A model generated the notes under the pieces. The model searched no databases. It was not told where the DNA came from and worked only from the letters and a program-made list of their open reading frames with translations. From a virus (Duplodnaviria; Caudoviricetes), in the IMG/VR virus record IMGVR_UViG_3300048576_000579, positions 1 to 61,170 of that record: 61,170 nucleotides of DNA. The stretch is one strand, 5' to 3'. The translations under genes and the position numbers were made by a program. Positions 54,086 through 61,170 of this stretch are shown in pieces (the first letter of the stretch is position 1; every line of letters starts with the position of its first letter).

Positions 54086-54856
54086 ATGCCCGCCACCGTC
54101 CATCGCATAGACCCTGACACGGACCAGCCCATACCGCCGTTTTTGCCCCGCGCCGTCGGCCCCGAGGACACCAAGCGAGTCAAAGCGCGTGCCCCCGAAG
54201 GGAACACCCCCTCCTTTTTCCTGATCCAAGGGGCTGCCCTCCTTTCCGATCTCATCCCCTACGAGGCCGAAGTCGCGCTTGCGCATTGGCAAGATAGCGC
54301 TCCCGGCTGTGTGCGCATCTCCATCACCCAAGCCATCACCCTTTGGCGCTTCTCCCCCTCCCTCGGCGACTCGCCCTATTGGACCCAACTTAAACAAGCC
54401 GAGGCCCTGCGCGCTGAGGCCGCCAAGTTGCGCGCCGTGATCGCCAAGAAGGACGAGCGCATTCTGGACCTCAAGAAAACCCTCACGCGCCTGCAACTCC
54501 AGGAGGAGGTTCCGGGATCCCGCTACACCATCCACGACGTCGGGGCCGGCGACCTGGTTGACCAGATCGAGGATGCCCTGGAGACCGTGGCGCGCGACAC
54601 CCACTCCCGGCCGCAGATCGGCGAACCGCGGAAGATCACGGTCAACATCAAGGCCGAAATGAGCGAGGGCGGCGCCGCGATCAAATGGGCGTTCGCCACG
54701 GCCGTTAGCTTGGCCAAGAGCGAAGGCGGCGGCGTGGCGTTCATCGACAAGGATGGGCGCTTGATGCCTCCTGGGGCGGTCCAAGCTGAACAGCTCATGC
54801 TGACCGGCGTGCAGGTTATCCCAGGCGAAGGGAAGAAGGATACGAAGGCGGCGTAA
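54086..54856 (+). CDS. Hypothetical protein
   Basis: AAGGAG SD; coiled coil plus RKITVNI domain. Confidence 0.65.
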   Translation: MPATVHRIDPDTDQPIPPFLPRAVGPEDTKRVKARAPEGNTPSFFLIQGAALLSDLIPYEAEVALAHWQDSAPGCVRISITQAITLWRFSPSLGDSPYWTQLKQAEALRAEAAKLRAVIAKKDERILDLKKTLTRLQLQEEVPGSRYTIHDVGAGDLVDQIEDALETVARDTHSRPQIGEPRKITVNIKAEMSEGGAAIKWAFATAVSLAKSEGGGVAFIDKDGRLMPPGAVQAEQLMLTGVQVIPGEGKKDTKAA

Positions 54857-54861
54857 CCACC

Positions 54862-55080
54862 ATGATCAACGACATCACCCGCAGAAACAGGGTCATGACC
54901 CGTAACGAGGTGTCAGGATTGCGCGCACTGCACTGGGCTCAAACGACTCGGGACTTGTTCTACGCGCACTACCAGAACAAGCCTCCCGCCAGCATCTTGG
55001 ACAAGTTCTTCAATGTCGACTTGCTTCGCGACGTTCGGACTGAGCTTGAATGGCATCTTGAGATGTGGGGAGAAATCTAA
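54862..55080 (+). CDS. Hypothetical protein
   Basis: Operon packing. Confidence 0.5.
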   Translation: MINDITRRNRVMTRNEVSGLRALHWAQTTRDLFYAHYQNKPPASILDKFFNVDLLRDVRTELEWHLEMWGEI

Positions 55081-55127
55081 CGCGGAACCGCCGCACTGTC
55101 GGCGGTCTCCCAGACATGAGGTAAAAC

Positions 55128-55514
55128 ATGAAGACTAGCATCACTATTACATACAAAATCGAGATTCATCCCGAATATCATGAATGCTGCGGGGGTGGCT
55201 GTGTTCTGTCTGACTACGACGGTCGCGGCCGAACGATATGCCGTCTACAGCCAGGCATAGCGCTTAAGTTAAAGCGTGTCGGAACGTCCTTGATCCCGCT
55301 CCGCGCAAAATCCTGTTTCCGTGGTGAAATGGAGGCGTCTGGAGTGTTTTTTTCGGGAGATATTTGCAGCGACGGTTGTCACAAGATGCTGCACATGACC
55401 AAGGATGGAAAAGATGTGGTGGCTTGTTTCTTGTCTGGCGAGGCTGTGTTTCTGAATGAAGAGCGCCGGGGGGCTCGACGCGCCGGCAAGTGCCTCGTTT
55501 TCCCGAGTAAATAA
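55128..55514 (+). CDS. Cys-rich hypothetical protein, two similar halves
   Basis: GAGG SD; C..GC...C.L...RA..C twice. Confidence 0.55.
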   Translation: MKTSITITYKIEIHPEYHECCGGGCVLSDYDGRGRTICRLQPGIALKLKRVGTSLIPLRAKSCFRGEMEASGVFFSGDICSDGCHKMLHMTKDGKDVVACFLSGEAVFLNEERRGARRAGKCLVFPSK

Positions 55515-55573
55515 TAAGCGGGTCTCCCTAACGTGGCGGCTTGGGACTGATGATGCAGCTAGGAGGTATGACA

Positions 55574-55963
55574 ATGAGTTTATCTTGTTCATGTGGAGAT
55601 TGGGAATTAGACCCATATAGTTATGTTTATGATTTCCCCGAAGACTTTTCAAGACTTGAGACAAAAAGAGCGAGGTACTGCTGCTCTTGCGCAAAAAAAA
55701 TCAGTCCTGGGCAAGAGTGCCTATCCTTTTATCGCAGAAGAGGCACAAGGTGTGAAGTTGAAGATCGCATCTACGGTGAAACAGAGGGTGTCCCGTTGGC
55801 CCCCTATCACATGTGCGAAAAATGTGGAGAGATTTGGTTGAATTTGCATAGCGCCGGATATTGTCCCCAAATTGAAGAAAAGATGCAAGAGGCATTAGAA
55901 GAGTATTGGGAAATAACAGGTTTTGACCCCGAAAAGTACAAAGCCGGCGTAGCTCAACGGTAG
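55574..55963 (+). CDS. Zinc-binding hypothetical protein
   Basis: AGGAGG SD; CCSC..I.PG..CEKC. Confidence 0.65.
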   Translation: MSLSCSCGDWELDPYSYVYDFPEDFSRLETKRARYCCSCAKKISPGQECLSFYRRRGTRCEVEDRIYGETEGVPLAPYHMCEKCGEIWLNLHSAGYCPQIEEKMQEALEEYWEITGFDPEKYKAGVAQR

Positions 55964-56017
55964 AGCGCCTGATTTGTACTCAGGGGGCTGCGGGTTCGAG
56001 CCCTGCCGCCGGCTCCA
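55943..56017 (+). tRNA. tRNA-Thr(UGU)
   Basis: GCCGGCG/CGCCGGC acceptor, U73-CCA, D arm GCTC/GAGC, CCTGA-TTTGTAC-TCAGG, T arm GCGGG-TTCGAGC-CCTGC. Confidence 0.92.
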
Positions 56018-56032
56018 AATAGAGAGAAAGGA

Positions 56033-56218
56033 ATGAACGACGATTCAATGCGCATAGACGAAAAACTCTACAAGGATACCGTTGAAGCTCTCAAAGTAAT
56101 GCGAGCCTACGCAAAAAATATCAAATCTCCTGAGCCGGGGATGAAAAGCGCCATTTTGTTTGCCGATGACGTGCTGAAAAAACACAAGGCGCGTCGGATG
56201 AGTTGGATTGAAGTATGA
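56033..56218 (+). CDS. Hypothetical protein
   Basis: AAGGA SD; ATGA coupling to the MTase. Confidence 0.55.
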   Translation: MNDDSMRIDEKLYKDTVEALKVMRAYAKNIKSPEPGMKSAILFADDVLKKHKARRMSWIEV

Positions 56219-57633
56219 GCACGGAACTCGTCATAGACTGCTTCGCCGGCGGCGGGGGCGCGTCCACGGGGATCGAGATAGCCCTGGGCCGGAGTCCGGA
56301 CTACGCCCTGAATCATAACTCGGTAGCAGTCGCGATCCATCGCGCGAACCATCCTGAGACGCGCCATCTCTGTCAAGACGTCTGGCAGGTCCACCCGCAC
56401 CATGTGGCCATGGGCCGGCCTGTCGGGCTGCTCTGGGCGTCGCCCGACTGCACGCATTTCTCGCGAGCTAAGGGCGCCGCGCCGCGTCGGGACGCCAAGA
56501 TTCGTGACATGGCCTGGGCCGTGGTCAAATGGGCGCGCGAGGTCCGGCCTCGCGTCATCATCGTGGAGAACGTGGAGGAGTTTTCGACTTGGGGTCCGCT
56601 CGATTCAGCGGGTAAGGTCATTGATTCCCATAAGGGCGTCATCTTTAAAGTTTGGGTGCGCACGTTGCGGCGTCTGGGCTACAGCGTGCAATGGCGCGCG
56701 CTGCGGGCCTGCGACTACGGCGCGCCGACCATCCGCAAGCGCCTGTTTTTCGTCATGCGCTGCGACGGCGTTCCGGTTTCCTGGCCCGCTCCGACGCACG
56801 GTCCTGAACGCGCCCAGCCGTACAGGACTGCGGCCGAGTGCATCGATTGGTCAATCCCGTGCCCGTCAATTTTCGACCGCAAGAAGCCTTTGGCCGAGAA
56901 TTCCCTGCGGCGCATCGCGGCCGGCATCAAGAAGTTCATCCTGGGCGCGGACCGGCCTTTCCTTGTCCCGGTCCCCCATCAAGCCGCGTTCCTCGCATCC
57001 TACTACGGACCAAAACGCCAGAACGAGGCGCGAGGTCAAGCGCTGCACGACCCCCTCAAAACCGTGACCACGGAAAACAGGTTCGGCCTCGTGTCGGTAT
57101 TCCTGTCCAAGTACTTCGGCGGCGTTGTTGGGTCTCCGTTGGATCAGCCTCTGGGGACGGTCACGAGCTGGGACCACAACGCGCTGGTGGCCGTGTTCCT
57201 CTCCAAATACTACGGGAAAGGGACCGGGCAAGACGTTTGGACTCCGCTCGCTACAACGACGAACGAAAATAAGTTTGGTTTCGTGGCCGCCTTTTTGACC
57301 AAATACTACGGCCAGGGAAGTTTCGGGCAAACAGCCACGTCACCCCTCGGCACGGTGGTCAGCAAGGATCGTTTCGGCGTCGTCACGGTGACAATCGATG
57401 ACCAGACCTACGCTATTGCGGACATCGGACTGCGCATGCTCACGCCTCGGGAACTCTTCCGCGCGCAAGGCTTCCCCGACACGTACAAGATCGACATCGA
57501 GTTGGACGGACGCCCTGTATCCAAGACCGCTCAGGTCCGCGCCTGCGGAAACAGCGTCTGCCCGCCCATCGCCGCCGCGCTGATCCGCGCGAACTATGAG
57601 GCAAGCGAACAAATCGAAGAGAAGGCAATATGA
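56215..57633 (+). CDS. C5 cytosine DNA methyltransferase (orphan)
   Basis: FAGGGG, SPDC, ENVEEF, R.RLF, GNSV; repeated PLxTVT segments. Confidence 0.92.
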   Translation: MSTELVIDCFAGGGGASTGIEIALGRSPDYALNHNSVAVAIHRANHPETRHLCQDVWQVHPHHVAMGRPVGLLWASPDCTHFSRAKGAAPRRDAKIRDMAWAVVKWAREVRPRVIIVENVEEFSTWGPLDSAGKVIDSHKGVIFKVWVRTLRRLGYSVQWRALRACDYGAPTIRKRLFFVMRCDGVPVSWPAPTHGPERAQPYRTAAECIDWSIPCPSIFDRKKPLAENSLRRIAAGIKKFILGADRPFLVPVPHQAAFLASYYGPKRQNEARGQALHDPLKTVTTENRFGLVSVFLSKYFGGVVGSPLDQPLGTVTSWDHNALVAVFLSKYYGKGTGQDVWTPLATTTNENKFGFVAAFLTKYYGQGSFGQTATSPLGTVVSKDRFGVVTVTIDDQTYAIADIGLRMLTPRELFRAQGFPDTYKIDIELDGRPVSKTAQVRACGNSVCPPIAAALIRANYEASEQIEEKAI

Positions 57634-57848
57634 ACATGGACATTGAAAGAATAACAGAAGCCTTTTGTGATGCTACCGGAAATGTTCAGGCCGCACTTCT
57701 GAACTCTATCGCGGCCGAGTTCGCGTCCTGGTCTCCTGCTATTGAGGGTATCCAGACCATAGCGCTGGCTGCGAACCTTGATGCGGCTGGGGCCAGATTT
57801 ATAGAGCGGATATACTCGGAGTTGAAAGAAATTGAGGTGGAGAGATGA
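57630..57848 (+). CDS. Hypothetical protein
   Basis: ATGA overlaps at both ends. Confidence 0.6.
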   Translation: MNMDIERITEAFCDATGNVQAALLNSIAAEFASWSPAIEGIQTIALAANLDAAGARFIERIYSELKEIEVER

Positions 57849-58780
57849 AAAACCCCATCGGCTGGTGCGACTACACTATCAATCCCATTGTAGGCTGCAG
57901 CCACGTCTCAGCCGAGTGCGACAACTGCTACGCCTCTCGAATGGCGCATGTCCGCAGCAACAATCCCTTAACTCCGCAATACAAGGGCCTGACGCACAAG
58001 GTCAACGGGCAGATCAGATGGATCGGCGAAACGCGTTGGGTGGGCGGCATGGAACGGGTTTTGAGATGGAAGAAGCCGCTCCGAATCTTCGTGGGTAGCA
58101 TGTGTGATCTGTTCCATGAGTCTGTCCCGTTTGAGTGGCTGGACAAGATTTTTCACATGATTTCCAGTTCGTGCTCGCAGCATACCTTTATGTTGCTCAC
58201 GAAGCGACCAGAACGGATGCGTGATTATATTTCATCTTTGAACTTCATGCCACCCAACGTCTGGCTCGGCGTCACCTCCGGCACGCAAGAGGCCGCGAAC
58301 GAACGCATACCCATCCTGCTGCAGACGCCAGCGGCGAAACGCTTTGTGTCCATAGAACCGATGCTTGGGTTTATTGATCTTGAAACTGCGTGGCACGGTG
58401 AAAACGCATTAGACTCAGAGTGTTGGGGGGAATGTAGATGGTGCGCAAATGGTCATCCCCCGCTCCATAATTGCCAAAAAAACAAACAATCCGAACTAGA
58501 GTTTGACCGCGGACGGTCGGGACTCGATTGGGTCATCTGCGGCGGCGAGAACGGCCCAAACGCCCGGTCCATGCATCCGGATTGGGTGCGCGGACTGCGG
58601 GATCAGTGTCAGACGGACGGGGTTCCGTTTTGGTTCAAGGGGTGGGGGGAGTTCCTGCCCGACAGCCAGAACCCAGCTATGACCGGGGTTGACGCCCACT
58701 GCTCCGGGGGAATCCGCGTCGGCCGCAAAAAATCCGGCTGCCTTCTCGATGGTCGCGAATGGAAGGAGGGGGCGAGATGA
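57845..58780 (+). CDS. Phage Gp37/Gp68 (DUF5131) protein
   Basis: GCSHVSAECDNCYA, FVGSMCDLFH, LLTKRPE, SIEPMLG, DWVICGGE. Confidence 0.9.
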   Translation: MKNPIGWCDYTINPIVGCSHVSAECDNCYASRMAHVRSNNPLTPQYKGLTHKVNGQIRWIGETRWVGGMERVLRWKKPLRIFVGSMCDLFHESVPFEWLDKIFHMISSSCSQHTFMLLTKRPERMRDYISSLNFMPPNVWLGVTSGTQEAANERIPILLQTPAAKRFVSIEPMLGFIDLETAWHGENALDSECWGECRWCANGHPPLHNCQKNKQSELEFDRGRSGLDWVICGGENGPNARSMHPDWVRGLRDQCQTDGVPFWFKGWGEFLPDSQNPAMTGVDAHCSGGIRVGRKKSGCLLDGREWKEGAR

Positions 58781-59388
58781 ACGACATTCACGAGCGATTC
58801 TTGAAAAACGTTGCAACCCACAAGCTAACTGTCTTGCTTGACAATGAAGCGTATAGGCATATCCGCCTGCAGTCACCTGAAACTCGTAACTGTTATTTCG
58901 ACATAGTTACGTGGCCTGGTTCGCTGGTAATATCTGGGGATATGGGGACGTATGCCTTCGAGCGTCTGTATGATATGTTCGAGTTTTTCAGACCAACGGA
59001 ACACGACAAGGGTATTAACCCTCACTATTGGTCAGAAAAGTGCATTGCGCTGGACAACTCATGCCGACGTGGAGCGTTGGAGGCATATTCGCAAGAACGC
59101 TTCCGTGACGTCGTTATGGAGCGGTTCAACGAGTGGGTTGCGGATGAAGAACCTGACACAGAAGACCGCACAGAGATACTGTCAGAGTTGCTAAGCATCG
59201 TTGCTAATGGCGACTCTGAAGAAGAAGCCAGAAGAGCTATTGAAGAATTCAACGACAAACATGAATTGTTTTCTGACTTCTGGGAAGTCTCGCTGCGAGA
59301 ATGGACATACTCTTACCTTTGGAATCTCTACGCTATCGTCTGGGGAATTGAGCAGTATTACAAGTTTAAGATGGAGGCGCCAAGATGA
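58777..59388 (+). CDS. Conserved phage protein
   Basis: FDIVTWPGSL.ISGDMG...DMFEFFR..INP.YWSEK. Confidence 0.8.
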   Translation: MNDIHERFLKNVATHKLTVLLDNEAYRHIRLQSPETRNCYFDIVTWPGSLVISGDMGTYAFERLYDMFEFFRPTEHDKGINPHYWSEKCIALDNSCRRGALEAYSQERFRDVVMERFNEWVADEEPDTEDRTEILSELLSIVANGDSEEEARRAIEEFNDKHELFSDFWEVSLREWTYSYLWNLYAIVWGIEQYYKFKMEAPR

Positions 59389-59939
59389 CCACGGCCCGCT
59401 CCCACCTCCTCCAAACCCTCCATGCTCGCGGCATTGCCCTCTGCCTCGCTGGGATGACCCCGGATCACGCTACGGAGCTGCTGGGCGATTACCCGGAACC
59501 AGAAAGCGAGCAATGGTGGATCAGCGAGGACGATGCAGAATCGTACTGCGAGGACTGCATTTCCGCCGCCGTCGCTGATTACAACGAGGGGCGACCCGAA
59601 GAGGAGCAAGCCGAACCTAGGGGCGGGTACTCTGGGGCCGGGGGCGACTCGAATCATCTGGAATACTGCGAACGCTGCGGTGCGCGGCTGCGGTGCGAAC
59701 TCACTCCGGATGGGGCTGGATATGAAATCATGCACCATGCCGAGTACACTCCGGACCTGACAAACGAGTGGACCAGATATGAATTGTCGCATCTGCTGGA
59801 TTATTGGAATGTCGGAACGTGCTGGGGACGATTTAAGCCTGCGAAAGAGGCCGTTGAAGATGCTCAGTCCATCAGGGAGATTTTTGCGGCCGCCGAGTGG
59901 TCGGCCCTCCTCACCATCGACCAGATCGCAAGCAGGTAA
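59385..59939 (+). CDS. Zinc-binding hypothetical protein
   Basis: YCEDC..YCERCG; ATGA coupling. Confidence 0.65.
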   Translation: MTTARSHLLQTLHARGIALCLAGMTPDHATELLGDYPEPESEQWWISEDDAESYCEDCISAAVADYNEGRPEEEQAEPRGGYSGAGGDSNHLEYCERCGARLRCELTPDGAGYEIMHHAEYTPDLTNEWTRYELSHLLDYWNVGTCWGRFKPAKEAVEDAQSIREIFAAAEWSALLTIDQIASR

Positions 59940-59942
59940 CAT

Positions 59943-60290
59943 ATGTCCCCAAACCCCATCATCACGCTCACCGCCCCGGAAGTCGCGGATCGCTTGCGCA
60001 AGTCGGTCGCATGGGTATACCGTCACAAGCGCGTGTTGGGAGGGTTTCAGGCCGTGCCCGGTGGGGCCGTCGTGTTCTTTGAAAACATAATATCGGAGTT
60101 GGGAGATGCCGTACAAGCAGAAGAACGGAACATGGCGAGCAACAAAAATGATTCAGGGCAGCCGACGCGCCAAGGTATTCAATACCAAGGCGGAGGCCCT
60201 GAAGTGGGAAGCAAGGCAAGACGCAAGCGAGTGGTCCGGCTTGGAGAGCCAGACCGTCACGGTTTACTCTCTGGCGCAGGCGTACCTTGA
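59943..60290 (+). CDS. xis: Excisionase-like HTH protein
   Basis: LTAPEVADRLRKSVAWVY (MerR/HTH_17-like); precedes and overlaps the integrase. Confidence 0.7.
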   Translation: MSPNPIITLTAPEVADRLRKSVAWVYRHKRVLGGFQAVPGGAVVFFENIISELGDAVQAEERNMASNKNDSGQPTRQGIQYQGGGPEVGSKARRKRVVRLGEPDRHGLLSGAGVP

Positions 60291-61170
60291 TTACGCCAAG
60301 GATCGATTTGTCCTGAAAACCTATCAGGAAAAGGCCTTGGCCTTTCGCAACCTGCTTCGATTCGTCAAGCCTGATTGTCCAGCGGACTCCATTCCAGACC
60401 AAGACATTCGCAAGGCCCTCGCGCACCGCGCAAAGGCGAGCGGGAACGCTGCGAATAAGGACCGCAAGAACCTTGCGGCGGCCTGGGAATGGGGAAAGGA
60501 ATTGCACCGATGGACAAAGCAGAATCCTTTCTCGGTAATCAAAAAATGGAAACACGATTCCGGCCGTCGTTACGTCCCGAGCGAAGAAGACTTTTGGAAG
60601 GCCTTCAACGCCGCCGCTCCGGAAGACATGGCCTTCCTACTGCTCATGCTGCACACGGGGGCTAGGCGCGGAGAGCTGTATCGCCTCCAATGGTCAGACG
60701 TTGACCTCGATCAGGGGAAAATCAGGCTCGGCACACGAAAAACAGGCCATGGCGGGCTGGTGTATCACTGGCTCAGGCTAACAACGCCGGCCATGGGCGC
60801 GCTTCAGGAACAACGCAAGCGTATGCGCTCGATGTTTGTCTTCAGCCTTCCCGATGGTCAGCCGTTCCGCTACCGCAACAAATACATGGAACGGCTATGT
60901 CGTCGGGCCGGAGTGAAGGCGTTCGGGTTCCACGCCATACGACACCTGTCCGCTTCTATCCTGGCGAGAGAAGGGGTGGACATACCGACGATCCAAGGGA
61001 TCCTGAGACACCAAAGTCCAACGACGACCGCGCGCTACTTGCGCAGGTTGGGCGCCGTGGACGACACACTGGAGAACGTCTTTGGAAAGAAATTTGCCCC
61101 CGGCGCGGCGAACGCCGAGGGCAATTCAGAGAACCTTTTACCCCGCGTTTTACCCCTAGCAACCGGCTAG
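60106..61170 (+). CDS. int: Tyrosine integrase
   Basis: HTGARRGE, K, FHAIRH, LRHQ..TTARY (R-K-H-R-H-Y catalytic set). Confidence 0.95.
   Translation: MPYKQKNGTWRATKMIQGSRRAKVFNTKAEALKWEARQDASEWSGLESQTVTVYSLAQAYLDYAKDRFVLKTYQEKALAFRNLLRFVKPDCPADSIPDQDIRKALAHRAKASGNAANKDRKNLAAAWEWGKELHRWTKQNPFSVIKKWKHDSGRRYVPSEEDFWKAFNAAAPEDMAFLLLMLHTGARRGELYRLQWSDVDLDQGKIRLGTRKTGHGGLVYHWLRLTTPAMGALQEQRKRMRSMFVFSLPDGQPFRYRNKYMERLCRRAGVKAFGFHAIRHLSASILAREGVDIPTIQGILRHQSPTTTARYLRRLGAVDDTLENVFGKKFAPGAANAEGNSENLLPRVLPLATG

Larger units (their letters stand above)
1..61170. mobile_element. Temperate prophage, podovirus-like morphogenesis with lambdoid-style immunity region
   Basis: Integrase/xis at the right end, divergent cro/cI, replication, terminase, portal, capsid, lysis genes and a DarB-like giant gene. 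att sites are not visible inside the window. Confidence 0.95.

Noticed and set aside
1-61170. CRISPR array, diversity-generating retroelement or retron
   Set aside because: No regularly spaced repeat-spacer array, no reverse transcriptase motif and no TR/VR pair seen

Overview
The window is an apparently near-complete ~61 kb temperate prophage with podovirus-type morphogenesis genes (no tape measure or tail tube). The host is probably a Desulfovibrionales-like deltaproteobacterium, inferred from a MucR-like N-terminus and the style of the CI proteins. The right arm (+ strand) runs from CI through a low-GC HicA/HicB/third-gene moron, a second CI-like protein, an SMC-like ATPase/RecT/MBL recombination module, tRNA-Thr(UGU), a C5 DNA methyltransferase and Gp37/Gp68 to xis and a tyrosine integrase. 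The left arm (- strand) runs from cro through CII-like, MazG-like, Rha with a C4-like antisense RNA, replication, RusA, terminase, tail fibre and lysis genes, portal, scaffold, capsid and tail/ejection proteins. It ends in a 4370-aa DarB-like polyvalent protein (N6-MTase, SNF2 helicase, zincin, LPD3-like RNase, ART). The most striking signals are two transcription units hidden inside the giant gene: a same-strand nested 101-aa gene with its own sigma70 promoter and SD, and an antisense promoter, rod hairpin and U-tract right after the RNase-like domain. Other notable items are a MucR-N-terminus mimic, an endolysin-holin fusion with an internal start, a catalytically degenerate extra terminase nuclease and a tripartite HicAB locus. 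All family assignments come from motif recognition by eye; no database search was run.
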